From Candidatus Saccharimonadota bacterium (GTDB lineage Bacteria > Bacteroidota > Bacteroidia > Flavobacteriales > Blattabacteriaceae), in NCBI RefSeq assembly GCF_014252415.1, contig NZ_CP059223.1, positions 90,001 to 122,000 of the forward strand: a stretch of 32,000 bases of DNA, given 5' to 3'. Made by a program: the position numbers and the translations under genes. The notes under the pieces are model-generated. The model worked only from the letters and a program-made list of their open reading frames with translations, did not search any database and was not told the origin of the DNA. Below are positions 7,866 to 17,457 of the stretch, piece after piece (positions within the stretch are counted from its first letter, which is position 1; the number at the start of each line of letters is the position of its first letter).

Positions 7866-9104
7866 TTAAATATTTCTTTTTTTATTTCCTATATAAATTT
7901 GTCTAGGTCTTCCTATTGGTTCTAAATTATCCTTTATTTCTATCCAATGAGCTATCCATCCAGGAAGTCTTCCTAAAGCAAACATAACAGTAAACATGTC
8001 TTTTGGTATTCCTATTGCTTGATAAATAATTCCAGAATAAAAATCTATATTTGGATATAATTTTTTTTCTAAAAAATATGAATCTTTAAGAGCGTTTATT
8101 TCTAATTTTTTAGCTATATCTAATATTGGATCAGAAATATTTAGTTTTTTTATTAAATTTTCAGCTATTGATTTTGCTATAATTGCTCTAGGATCAAAAT
8201 TTTTATAAATCCTATGACCAAAACCCATTAACCGAAATGAATCATTCCTATTTTTTGCTTTTTCTATCCATTTATTAATATTACCTCCATCTTTTAAAAT
8301 TAATTCTAACATTTCAATAACTTTTTGATTAGCTCCTCCATGAAGCTTTCCCCATAAAGCATTAATACCAGCTGATACAGATGAAAATATATTTGAACGA
8401 ACTGAACTTAACAAACGTACAATAGTAGTAGAGCAATTTTGTTCATGATCTATATGTAAAATTAATAATTTTTCTAATGCATTAATTATATAATAATTTT
8501 TTTTATAAGGTTTATTAGGAATAGAAAAAAACATACTTAATATATTATATATATAACAAATATTTTTTTCGTTATTAATATTAGGTAATCCATATTTTTT
8601 TCTATAAATCATAGCTGCTAATATAGGTAACTTAGATAAAAGATAAAAATATGAATCTTCACTTTTTATAGAATTATCAAATGATAATAAAATATTTGTA
8701 ATAGAAGATAAAATTCCCATTGGATGATATGAATTAGGTATTTTATCTAAATAATTACAAATATTATCTTTAATAAGATTAAAACTATTAATTTTTTCTA
8801 TAAAATATTTCAATTGTTTATAATTAGGAAGTTCTCCATTTAAAATTAAATAAGATGTTTCTATAAATGAACATTTATTAATTATTTGTTCAATAGGATA
8901 TCCTCTATACAACAATTCTCCTTTTTCTCCATCTATAAAACTGATAGAGCTTTTTGTAATCCCAGTATTTTTTAATCCTGGATCAAAAGTAATAAGTTTA
9001 GTATACTCTCTTAATTTAGAAATATCAATAGCTTTATCAAAAGTTCCATTAATTAATGGTAATTGATGATAACGTCCATTAGCATAGAAATTAATCATAT
9101 ACAT
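7866..9104 (-). CDS. gltA: Citrate synthase
   Basis: 412 aa. Conserved citrate synthase motifs (HIDHEQNCSTT, LHGGANQ, GFGHRIYKNFDPRA, PNIDFYSG). Confidence 0.93.
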   Translation of the reverse strand: MYMINFYANGRYHQLPLINGTFDKAIDISKLREYTKLITFDPGLKNTGITKSSISFIDGEKGELLYRGYPIEQIINKCSFIETSYLILNGELPNYKQLKYFIEKINSFNLIKDNICNYLDKIPNSYHPMGILSSITNILLSFDNSIKSEDSYFYLLSKLPILAAMIYRKKYGLPNINNEKNICYIYNILSMFFSIPNKPYKKNYYIINALEKLLILHIDHEQNCSTTIVRLLSSVRSNIFSSVSAGINALWGKLHGGANQKVIEMLELILKDGGNINKWIEKAKNRNDSFRLMGFGHRIYKNFDPRAIIAKSIAENLIKKLNISDPILDIAKKLEINALKDSYFLEKKLYPNIDFYSGIIYQAIGIPKDMFTVMFALGRLPGWIAHWIEIKDNLEPIGRPRQIYIGNKKRNI

Positions 9105-9137
9105 AAAATAATTTTATTTTATATTAATATACAAGAT

Positions 9138-10079
9138 CTAAAAATTTTTTAATATCATTTTTTCAAATGAAATAATAGTATGAAATCCTTTTTTTGAAAA
9201 ATAATTTTTCATTCCTTTTCTAAAACTAATTAATACAAAATCTCCCCCCCAGGTACCTAAACTTTTTACTAATCCTAAATAATCTGGAAAATATAATTCT
9301 TTTATAGTAGGTAAATTAAGTATCTTTGATATTATCATTTCATGTTTTAATAATAATTCTTCAAATTCTTTTAATTTATTGCATGATAAAATTTTCAATG
9401 TTATATAAGATATATTATTTATAATATTATTACTAATAATTTTTTTTTTAGAAAAAAACCAATTTATACCACTAGTGGTATTTTGTTTTTTATTAAGATA
9501 TAAAAAATATAATTTATTTTTAAATGGAGGATTAAATTCTACAGGTAAAAAATATGGAATGTTATTTTTTAATTTAAAAATTATTGGTTTTTCATGAGAA
9601 ACACATGCTAAATCATATCCACTTCCTGGAAAGTCTTTACTTAATAATTTATAAGGGTTAACATTTATCCATTGTGCAATATTATTTATTAAAGTAGAAC
9701 TACTTCCTAACCCCCAATTTCTAGAAAATTGCAAATAAGTATTTGCATATATATTAATATTTTTTTTAAAAAATTCTTTTTTTATATTTTTAGATTTTAT
9801 TAATAAATTTCTAAGACGATAAGATATTTTTTTTTCTGTTTCATAAATAATTTTTAAATATGGTAATTGAAATACCACTTCAAACCATGGTTTTTTTAAA
9901 TTTTGATCATAACTTTTCCAAAATAAAATAGAAGATCTATTTTTTTTTTCAAAAATAGATAATGATTGTCCTTTTATTGTTGGTAGAGCTAATCCTATTG
10001 ATCCTAATAAAATTAAATATTCTCCTGTTAACAATAATTTTCCATGACTATAAAAAAATTTTTTTTTAGAAAAGAACAT
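9138..10079 (-). CDS. GHMP-superfamily kinase, GYDIA-type (candidate mevalonate-pathway kinase)
   Basis: 313 aa. N-terminal GKLLLTGEY, GHMP ATP motif GLGSSST, and GSGYDLA matching the GYDIA family signature seen in Flavobacteriia. Confidence 0.75.
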   Translation of the reverse strand: MFFSKKKFFYSHGKLLLTGEYLILLGSIGLALPTIKGQSLSIFEKKNRSSILFWKSYDQNLKKPWFEVVFQLPYLKIIYETEKKISYRLRNLLIKSKNIKKEFFKKNINIYANTYLQFSRNWGLGSSSTLINNIAQWINVNPYKLLSKDFPGSGYDLACVSHEKPIIFKLKNNIPYFLPVEFNPPFKNKLYFLYLNKKQNTTSGINWFFSKKKIISNNIINNISYITLKILSCNKLKEFEELLLKHEMIISKILNLPTIKELYFPDYLGLVKSLGTWGGDFVLISFRKGMKNYFSKKGFHTIISFEKMILKNF

Positions 10080-10092
10080 TATTATGCATATT

Positions 10093-10962
10093 TTACATTT
10101 TTTTATTAAATGTTTTTAACATTTTTTTTGCCATATTTTTTAATATATTACTTGGACCTATTTCTGTAAAATGATTAGCTCCATTCATAATCATATTTTT
10201 TATGGAATGTTTCCATTTTACTGGAGAAATTAATTGTTCAATTAAATTATTTTTTATCTCATTAGGATTAGTAACAGGAGTACCAATAAAATTTTGATAT
10301 ATAGGACATATAGGGTTATTAAACGAAATTTTATTTATAACTTTTATAAAATTTTTTTTTACCAATCCCATAATTGGAGAATGAAATGCACCATATACAG
10401 GAAGTTCTAAAATTCTACTAGCACCTAGTTTTTTTAAAATTAAACATACTTTTTTAATAGAATTACAATCTCCAGATATTACTAATTGATTATCAGAATT
10501 ATAATTTGATGGTACTACAATTCCTACCTCTTCTTTACAAACATGTTCTATTATTTCATCTTTTAATCCAAATATAGCTACCATTTTTCCAGGAATAGAT
10601 TCACATGCTTTTTGCATAAGATTTCCTCTTTTTTTTACCAAAATTAGTCCATCTTCAAAAGAAATTACGTTGATTGCTGTTAAAGCTGAAAACTCTCCAA
10701 GAGATAATCCTGCAACCATATCAGGCAAAAAATTTTTATATAATTTTGTTTCTATAAATGAATAAATATATATTGCTAACTGTGAATTTATAGTCTTTTT
10801 TAAAATATTTTCAGATCCATTAAACATGATTGAAATAAAATCAAAATTTAAAATATCGTTAGATAAATGAAATATTTTTCTTGCTAAAGAACTTTTTTTA
10901 TAAAAAATTTTTCCCATTCCTACAAATTGACTTCCTTGTCCAGAAAATAAATAAGCTTTCAT
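10093..10962 (-). CDS. fabD: Malonyl-CoA:ACP transacylase
   Basis: Motifs FSGQGSQ, active-site GLSLGEFSA and GAFHSP. The ORF-track start (10971) is TTG. The ATG at 10962 (MKAYLFSGQGSQ) matches the usual FabD N-terminus and is preferred. Confidence 0.92.
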   Translation of the reverse strand: MKAYLFSGQGSQFVGMGKIFYKKSSLARKIFHLSNDILNFDFISIMFNGSENILKKTINSQLAIYIYSFIETKLYKNFLPDMVAGLSLGEFSALTAINVISFEDGLILVKKRGNLMQKACESIPGKMVAIFGLKDEIIEHVCKEEVGIVVPSNYNSDNQLVISGDCNSIKKVCLILKKLGASRILELPVYGAFHSPIMGLVKKNFIKVINKISFNNPICPIYQNFIGTPVTNPNEIKNNLIEQLISPVKWKHSIKNMIMNGANHFTEIGPSNILKNMAKKMLKTFNKKM

Positions 10963-11023
10963 AAAAAACAAAATATTAATTATTAATTTTTTATTTTAAA
11001 TTAGTATTAAAATTAATATATAA

Positions 11024-11794
11024 ATGAATATAATTGATACACATACTCATTTGTACATGAAAGAATTTAAAAAAGATATTGATTCTGTAATTAACCGATC
11101 AATAAATAAGGGAGTTTGTAAATTTTTTATTCCATCTATTAGTAGTTCAACTATCTATGATATTATTTGTTTAGAAAAAAAATATCCAAATATTTGTTTT
11201 CCAATGATTGGATTACATCCAAATTATATTTATTCAACAAAAAATTTAAATGAAGAATTAAAAAAAATAGAAAAATGGTTAAATAATTATTCATTTATTT
11301 CTATAGGAGAAATAGGAATGGATTTACATATGAATAAAAAATTTTTTTCAGAACAAAAATATGCATTTCAAAATCAATTAGAATTGGCAAAAGATAGAAA
11401 TTTACCTATCATTATTCATTGTAGAAATGCGTTCGATTATGTATTTGATATTTTATCAAAAAGAGAATACTCCTTTATTAAAGGTATATTTCATTGTTTT
11501 TCAGGTACATTAACTCAAGCAAAAAAAATAATTAATATTGGAATGAAATTAGGTATAGGAGGGATAATTACTTTTAAAAAAAATAATATTGAACAATATT
11601 TAAATCAAATTGATACAGAAAATATTGTGTTAGAAACTGATTCTCCATATTTGTCTCCACATCCTTTTAGAGGAAAAAGAAATGATCCATCTAATTTAAC
11701 AATAATATTAAAAAAAATATCTGAAATATATTCAATATCAGAAAATACTATTGCTAATATAACAAATGATAATGTTAATAAAATTTTTTTTTGA
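11024..11794 (+). CDS. TatD family metal-dependent hydrolase/DNase
   Basis: 256 aa. IDTHTHL start motif, EIGMDLH, IIHCR and ETDSPYL. Confidence 0.9.
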   Translation: MNIIDTHTHLYMKEFKKDIDSVINRSINKGVCKFFIPSISSSTIYDIICLEKKYPNICFPMIGLHPNYIYSTKNLNEELKKIEKWLNNYSFISIGEIGMDLHMNKKFFSEQKYAFQNQLELAKDRNLPIIIHCRNAFDYVFDILSKREYSFIKGIFHCFSGTLTQAKKIINIGMKLGIGGIITFKKNNIEQYLNQIDTENIVLETDSPYLSPHPFRGKRNDPSNLTIILKKISEIYSISENTIANITNDNVNKIFF

Positions 11795-11800
11795 ATTATA

Positions 11801-13198
11801 TTATATCATTTTATATGGATCTACATATTTTTCAAATTCTTCATTAGTTAAATAACCTAAACGTACTGATGCTTCTTTTAAAGTTATATGATTTATGTAA
11901 GCATAATTTGCTATTTCCGCTGATTTTTCATATCCAATTTTTGGATTGAGAGCTGTTACTAACATTAAAGAATTATCTAATAGATATTTAATTCTATTAT
12001 AATTAGGTGTGATACCTTTTACACAAAAAAAACAAAATGAATTAATAGCATCTGCTAATAATTTAGACGATTCTAAAAATTTATATATTATTAATGGTTT
12101 ACAAACGTTTAATTCATAATTTCCTGATGAACCAGATAATGATATGATTACATCATTTCCTATAATTTGCATACATACCATAATAATAGCTTCGCATTGA
12201 GTAGGATTAGTTTTTCCAGGCATAATAGAAGATCCAGGTTCATTTCTTGGTATATTTATCTCCCCAATTCCAGAACGAGGTCCAGATGATAAAAATCGGA
12301 TATCATTTGATATTTTTATTAATGAAACTGCTATTTGTTTAATAGATGCATGAGATTCTACCATAGCATCATGATTTGCTATAGATTCAAATTTGTTTTT
12401 GGCTACTTTAAAGGGAATATTAGTATATTTTCGAATATATTTAGTAACTTCTTTATCATACTTTTTGGGAGCGTTTAATCCGGTACCTACTGCTGTTCCT
12501 CCTATAGATAATTCTGATAAGTGATTTAGTGTATTTTTTATAGAATTTATTCCATGTTCTATTTGCGATGTATATCCAGAAAATTCTTGCCCCAATGTTA
12601 TTGGAACAGCATCCATAAGGTGAGTTCTTCCTATTTTTATAATTTTTTTAAATGATTCAGATTTATTTCTTAATTCATTTTTTAATTTTTCAATAGATGG
12701 AATAGTTTTTTCTATTAGAATTTTGTAAGCAGATATATTCATAACTGTAGAAAATGTATCATTAGATGATTGTGACATATTAACATCATCATTAGGATGA
12801 ATTAATGGCTTTCCTACCCCTAATTTATTACCCATAATAACATGAGATCTATTTGATATAACCTCATTTATATTCATATTAGTATGAGTTCCAGATCCTG
12901 TTTGCCATACTACCAAAGGAAATTGATCATCTAATTTTCCATTTATAATTTCATTACATACTTTGCATATAATATTTTTTTTTTCCATTGGTAACTTTCC
13001 TAAGTTAAAATTAACAATAGCAGAGCATTTTTTTAATATACCAAATGAATAAATTACTTCTATTGGGATAGAACCTTCTTTTCCTATTTTAAAATTTTTT
13101 CTTGATCGTTCTGTTTGTGCTCCCCAATATTTATTAATAGGAACTTCTACTTTTCCTAATATATCTTTTTCAACTCTATATAAATTTTTTTTATTCAT
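11801..13198 (-). CDS. fumC: Class II fumarate hydratase
   Basis: 465 aa. Signature [11 protein letters not shown], plus [10 protein letters not shown] and [14 protein letters not shown]. Confidence 0.95.
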   Translation of the reverse strand: MNKKNLYRVEKDILGKVEVPINKYWGAQTERSRKNFKIGKEGSIPIEVIYSFGILKKCSAIVNFNLGKLPMEKKNIICKVCNEIINGKLDDQFPLVVWQTGSGTHTNMNINEVISNRSHVIMGNKLGVGKPLIHPNDDVNMSQSSNDTFSTVMNISAYKILIEKTIPSIEKLKNELRNKSESFKKIIKIGRTHLMDAVPITLGQEFSGYTSQIEHGINSIKNTLNHLSELSIGGTAVGTGLNAPKKYDKEVTKYIRKYTNIPFKVAKNKFESIANHDAMVESHASIKQIAVSLIKISNDIRFLSSGPRSGIGEINIPRNEPGSSIMPGKTNPTQCEAIIMVCMQIIGNDVIISLSGSSGNYELNVCKPLIIYKFLESSKLLADAINSFCFFCVKGITPNYNRIKYLLDNSLMLVTALNPKIGYEKSAEIANYAYINHITLKEASVRLGYLTNEEFEKYVDPYKMI

Positions 13199-13233
13199 AA
13201 TTTTAAATAAAATTTATTAATTAATTATTTATA

Positions 13234-13386
13234 ATGATCATTAAATTTATAGGATTTTTAATATTTTTATTAATAATGATGTTTGGATTTTGGTGTATTA
13301 TTTTTTTATCTATATTTAGTATATATTGGATGATTATTTTTTTAAAAAAAGAGTTTTATAATTTTATAAAAAAAAGTAATAAATAA
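13234..13386 (+). CDS. Hypothetical 50-aa two-TM membrane peptide
   Basis: Hand-found ORF: MIIKFIGFLIFLLIMMFGFWCIIFLSIFSIYWMIIFLKKEFYNFIKKSNK. Its TAA (13384-13386) abuts the ATG of the FtsB-like ORF. There is no recognisable family, and hydrophobic ORFs arise easily in AT-rich DNA. Confidence 0.3.
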   Translation: MIIKFIGFLIFLLIMMFGFWCIIFLSIFSIYWMIIFLKKEFYNFIKKSNK

Positions 13387-13566
13387 ATGATTGTGATAAA
13401 AAGAATATTTAAAAATAAATATTTTTGGATGAGTTTTTTTTTCTTTATATGGATATCATTTTTTGATAAAAATTCATTATTGATGCATTACAAACTAAAA
13501 AAAAATATAGAAAAAATGAATCATAATATAGAAAATATAAAAAAAAAAAATTTTAAAAAAAAATAA
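13387..13566 (+). CDS. Septum formation initiator (FtsB/DivIC-like) mini-protein
   Basis: Hand-found 59-aa ORF: MIVIKRIFKNKYFWMSFFFFIWISFFDKNSLLMHYKLKKNIEKMNHNIENIKKKNFKKK. The TM segment followed by FFD-x-NS-L-x-H and a short coiled-coil stretch resembles Flavobacteriia FtsB-like proteins (WMLFFD-x-NS). It is about half the usual length. Confidence 0.6.
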   Translation: MIVIKRIFKNKYFWMSFFFFIWISFFDKNSLLMHYKLKKNIEKMNHNIENIKKKNFKKK

Positions 13567-13586
13567 TAGAAAATTAATACGATGAA

Positions 13587-15461
13587 TTATTTTTTTAAAT
13601 AGACTAAAATTATGCTTAAATCAGACGGAGATATACCACTTATTCTAGATGCCTGAGCCAATGACGTAGGTTTATAACTTTCTAGTTTTTCTTTTGCTTC
13701 TAAAGAGATAGAATTAATATTTTTATAATTAAAATTATATGGTATTCGTATATTTTCTAATTTTGATAATTTTTTAGCGTTTTCTATTTCTTTATCTAAA
13801 TATCCTTTATATTTAATTCTTATAGAAACTTGATCTAAAATTTCTTTATTAAACTTATTTTTATTTATCTCAATCATTATAAATGGAATACTTTTAATAT
13901 CTTTTATATTAATTTCGGGGCGTGATAAAATATCATCGATTTTTTTACTAGAAAATACTCTAGGTGAATTTTTCATATCTAATATAGGATTTATATCATC
14001 TGGTTTAATATTTTTTTTTCTAAAAAAATTTATACATTTTTTTATTTTGCATTTTTTTTTTTCTACTATTTTCATGTTCTCTTCTGAGATTAATCCAATA
14101 TTATATCCAATATGTGATAACCTTTCATCCGCATTGTCTTGTCTTAATAGCATTCTATATTCAGATCTAGAAGTAAACATTCGATATGGTTCTCTAGTTC
14201 CTTTTGTTACTAAATCATCAATTAAAACTCCAATATACCCTTCATTTCTTTTAATAATAAGTGGATTTTTATTATAAATTTTTAAATAAGCATTAATTCC
14301 TGCAATTAATCCTTGTGCAGCTGCTTCTTCATATCCAGTAGTTCCATTAATTTGTCCAGCAAAAAAAAGATTTGTTATTTTTTTACTTTCTAAAGTATGT
14401 TTTAATTGTTCTGGATAAAAATAATCATATTCTACGGCATATCCTGGTTTTAAAATATTAACATATTTAAATCCTGGTATTGTTTTTAAAATTTTATATT
14501 GTAATTGTTCTGAAAAAGAAGTAGAAAACCCATTAATATACATTTTTTTTGTATTCAACCCTTCAGGTTCAACAAAAATTGGATGCGTTATTTTTTTTGG
14601 AAAACGAAAAACTTTATCTTCTATGGAAGGACAATATCTAGGACCTTTTCCTTGAATAGAATTATTAAAAATAGGAGAATGTATTCTATTTTCATAAATA
14701 ATATCAAATACGTTTTTGTTTGTGTATGTTATATAACATTTACATTGTTGATTAATTTTTTTAAAATTATGAAAAAAAGAAAATTTTCCAATATTTTTAT
14801 CTCCATATTGAGATTTCATTTGATTTAAATCTAATGAGTTTCCATCAACTCTTGGGGATGTTCCAGTTTTCATTCTTCCATATTTTAATCCAAAATATTT
14901 ATTTAATTGTTCTGTAATTCCTTTAACTTTTTCTTCATTTATTCTTCCCCCACTAATTTTTTTATTACCTATATGTATAATTCCATTTAAAAATGTTCCA
15001 TTTGTTAAAATAACAGCATTCGCATGAATTTTTTCATTCATTTTCATTTTTACTCCTATAACTTTATAATTTTTTATTATTAAAGATTCAACTGTATTTT
15101 GATATATATGTAAATTTTTATTTTTTTTTAAAATATATTTCCAATAATAAGAAAATAAGAATCTATCGCACTGAGATCTTGGACTCCAAACTGCAGGACC
15201 TTTAGATTTATTCAACATTCTAAATTGAATACTACTATAATCAGTAACAGCACCAGAATATCCTCCTAATGCATCTATTTCTCTAATCATTTGGCCTTTT
15301 GCTATTCCACCCATAGAAGGGTTGCAAGCTAATTTAGCAATTGTATTTATATTACTAGTAATAAGTAAAGTTTTTGCACCCATTTTAGAAGAAGAAAATG
15401 CAGCTTCTGATCCTGAATGTCCTCCTCCAACTACAATAATATCATATTTTTTTGGAAACAT
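13587..15461 (-). CDS. mnmG: tRNA uridine 5-carboxymethylaminomethyl modification enzyme MnmG (GidA)
   Basis: 624 aa. FAD motif [26 protein letters not shown] and [19 protein letters not shown]. Confidence 0.96.
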   Translation of the reverse strand: MFPKKYDIIVVGGGHSGSEAAFSSSKMGAKTLLITSNINTIAKLACNPSMGGIAKGQMIREIDALGGYSGAVTDYSSIQFRMLNKSKGPAVWSPRSQCDRFLFSYYWKYILKKNKNLHIYQNTVESLIIKNYKVIGVKMKMNEKIHANAVILTNGTFLNGIIHIGNKKISGGRINEEKVKGITEQLNKYFGLKYGRMKTGTSPRVDGNSLDLNQMKSQYGDKNIGKFSFFHNFKKINQQCKCYITYTNKNVFDIIYENRIHSPIFNNSIQGKGPRYCPSIEDKVFRFPKKITHPIFVEPEGLNTKKMYINGFSTSFSEQLQYKILKTIPGFKYVNILKPGYAVEYDYFYPEQLKHTLESKKITNLFFAGQINGTTGYEEAAAQGLIAGINAYLKIYNKNPLIIKRNEGYIGVLIDDLVTKGTREPYRMFTSRSEYRMLLRQDNADERLSHIGYNIGLISEENMKIVEKKKCKIKKCINFFRKKNIKPDDINPILDMKNSPRVFSSKKIDDILSRPEINIKDIKSIPFIMIEINKNKFNKEILDQVSIRIKYKGYLDKEIENAKKLSKLENIRIPYNFNYKNINSISLEAKEKLESYKPTSLAQASRISGISPSDLSIILVYLKK

Positions 15462-15490
15462 TTCGTTATTATTAATGAATAATTAAATAA

Positions 15491-15907
15491 TTAATTTTTA
15501 AATAAATTTAAATAAAAATTCTCTTTTTTTTTCATCATTATTTTATCATTAATTTTTTTATCTCTATATCCTATAATATGTAATATAGAATGAATCATAA
15601 CACGTAATAATTCATCATAAAAAGTTTGATTAAATTCTTTAGAGTTTTGTAAAACTTGATCAATACTTATATAAATATCTCCAGATATATGTTGATTAAA
15701 AGAATAATCAAACGCTATAACATCTGTATAACTATTATTAGTTAAATATTTATTATTTATAAATAAAATAAAATTTTTTTCACAAAATATATAATGAATA
15801 TTTCCTATATATTTTTTCTCATTTTCTAATAGTAAAAATATTTTTTTTACAATTGAATATTCATCATTAATTTTAAAATTATTTTTTTCATAAAAAAATT
15901 TAATCAT
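15491..15907 (-). CDS. ybeY: rRNA maturation endoribonuclease YbeY
   Basis: Metal-binding motif HSILHIIGYRD (H-x3-H-x5-D). The ORF-track start (15940) is TTG. The ATG at 15907 (MIKFFYEKNNF) gives a 138-aa protein of typical length. ybeY-mnmG adjacency is common in Flavobacteriia. Confidence 0.85.
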   Translation of the reverse strand: MIKFFYEKNNFKINDEYSIVKKIFLLLENEKKYIGNIHYIFCEKNFILFINNKYLTNNSYTDVIAFDYSFNQHISGDIYISIDQVLQNSKEFNQTFYDELLRVMIHSILHIIGYRDKKINDKIMMKKKENFYLNLFKN

Positions 15908-15990
15908 CAATAATTTATTGATCAAAATTAGTAAATTCAATTATACGTAATTTTTTGTGAAAAAATCTTTAAAATAAAAATTTATATAAA

Positions 15991-16674
15991 ATGATTAGAT
16001 TTATCCCCCATTTTTTTTCATTAATAAATTTATTTTTTGGATGTGTATCTATTATTTTATTACAAAAAGAAGATTTTTATACTTCTTTTATTTTTACTAT
16101 AATATCAATTATATTTGATTTTTTAGATGGATTCTTATCAAGAATTATTAAAATTGATAATAAATTTGGTAAGGAATTGGATTCTTTATCGGATATAGTT
16201 TCATTTGGAATAGTTCCATCTATTATAGCATTTTTTTTATTAAAAAAAATTTCACCAACTAATTTTAATATAGAATGGATTTCTTTTTCTATTTCCATAT
16301 CATCTGCATGGCGTTTAGCTCATTTTAATCTTCTTAATCAAAAAAAATTTATTTATGGATTAACTACTCCAATAAATACATTATTTTTTTATTCTTTATT
16401 GTATATGATTCAAACAAAAAAAATAATATACCATCCTTTTATTATTATTTGTATAATATTTTTTTCTTGTTATCTTCTCAATTCTAAAATATTAATGATA
16501 TCCTTTAATTTTAAAGGTTTATCTTGGAACAAAAATAAAGAACGATATATTTTTTTGTTAATTAGCTTATTTATTTTATTAAATTTAAATTTTATGATAT
16601 TTTTGTTTTATATAATAATTATTTATATAATGACTTCAATTTTTTTTCAAAAAAATAAAAAATTATTTAAATGA
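15991..16674 (+). CDS. pssA: CDP-diacylglycerol--serine O-phosphatidyltransferase
   Basis: 227 aa, polytopic. CDP-alcohol phosphatidyltransferase motif DFLDGFLSRIIKIDNKFGKELDSLSDIVSFG (D-G-x2-A/S-R-x8-G-x3-D-x3-D). Confidence 0.88.
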   Translation: MIRFIPHFFSLINLFFGCVSIILLQKEDFYTSFIFTIISIIFDFLDGFLSRIIKIDNKFGKELDSLSDIVSFGIVPSIIAFFLLKKISPTNFNIEWISFSISISSAWRLAHFNLLNQKKFIYGLTTPINTLFFYSLLYMIQTKKIIYHPFIIICIIFFSCYLLNSKILMISFNFKGLSWNKNKERYIFLLISLFILLNLNFMIFLFYIIIIYIMTSIFFQKNKKLFK

Positions 16675-17447
16675 AATTAAAACTTTATCGTCCTATATGC
16701 TTTTTTGACATAGAATCAACAGGTATAAACATAGGAAAAGATCGAATTATAGAAATATCTATATTAAAAGTATTTCCTAATAATAATAAAGAAAGTAATA
16801 CTTGGTTAGTTTATCCAGAAATACCAATTCCACCTCAATCAACAGCTATACATGGAATAAAAAATGAAGATGTAATAGGAAAACATACATTTAAAGATGT
16901 AGCTGATTCAATTTTTAAAATGATAGAAAATACAGATTTAGCCGGATATAATTCTAATAGATTTGATATACCAATTTTAGCAGAAGAAATGTTACGAGCA
17001 GGAATTCCTTTTAATATAAAAAAATATAAAACTATAGATGTACAAGTAATTTTTCATAAAATGGAACCTAGAACGCTTTCTGCAGCATATAAATATTACT
17101 GTAAAAAAAATCTTACAAAAGCTCACAGTTCTAAGGCGGATGTATTTGCAACTTATGAAATATTATTATCACAACTAGATAAATATAAAAATTTAAAAAA
17201 AGATGTTAAAAATTTAGATCAATTTTCTCATCAGAAAAATATAGCTGATTTGGCTGGATTTATTAAAATAAATGAGAATGGAGATGAAATTTTTAATTTT
17301 GGAAAATATAAAGGAGAAAAAGTATTTGAAATCTTAAAAAAAGATCCTAATTATTATGGATGGATACAGAATTCAGATTTTCCTTTATATACAAAAAAGA
17401 TATTAACAAAAATAAAATTAAGAAATTTTAATAAAAAAAAAGACTAA
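16671..17447 (+). CDS. DEDDh 3'-5' exonuclease (DnaQ/epsilon-like)
   Basis: 258 aa. Exo I FFDIESTG, Exo II YNSNRFDIPIL, Exo III HSSKADVFATYE. The start overlaps the pssA stop as ATGA (16671-16674). Confidence 0.85.
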   Translation: MKLKLYRPICFFDIESTGINIGKDRIIEISILKVFPNNNKESNTWLVYPEIPIPPQSTAIHGIKNEDVIGKHTFKDVADSIFKMIENTDLAGYNSNRFDIPILAEEMLRAGIPFNIKKYKTIDVQVIFHKMEPRTLSAAYKYYCKKNLTKAHSSKADVFATYEILLSQLDKYKNLKKDVKNLDQFSHQKNIADLAGFIKINENGDEIFNFGKYKGEKVFEILKKDPNYYGWIQNSDFPLYTKKILTKIKLRNFNKKKD

Positions 17448-17457
17448 TTTAGTTAGT

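Noticed and set aside
14047-14828. Two plus-strand ORFs (14047-14277, 14583-14828) inside mnmG
   Set aside because: They are antisense to a very well conserved mnmG frame. The hydrophobic, low-complexity products have no motifs.
15560-15600. YbeY metal motif reads H-x3-H-x5-D (HSILHIIGYRD) instead of the E. coli H-x3-H-x5-H
   Set aside because: I recall that G-Y-(K/R)-D at this position is the normal Bacteroidota variant, and Asp can ligate the metal. It is probably lineage-typical rather than a loss of function. This was not verified by alignment.
3279-15940. ORF-track N-termini that begin at TTG (gldE 4586, fabD 10971, ybeY 15940)
   Set aside because: The longest-ORF extension is not evidence of the true start. 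For fabD and ybeY the internal ATG reproduces the canonical N-terminus, so the shorter models were adopted. gldE was left at the long model but flagged as uncertain.
16077-16298. 73-aa minus-strand ORF inside pssA
   Set aside because: It is antisense to the CDP-alcohol phosphatidyltransferase motif region. It is compositional only.
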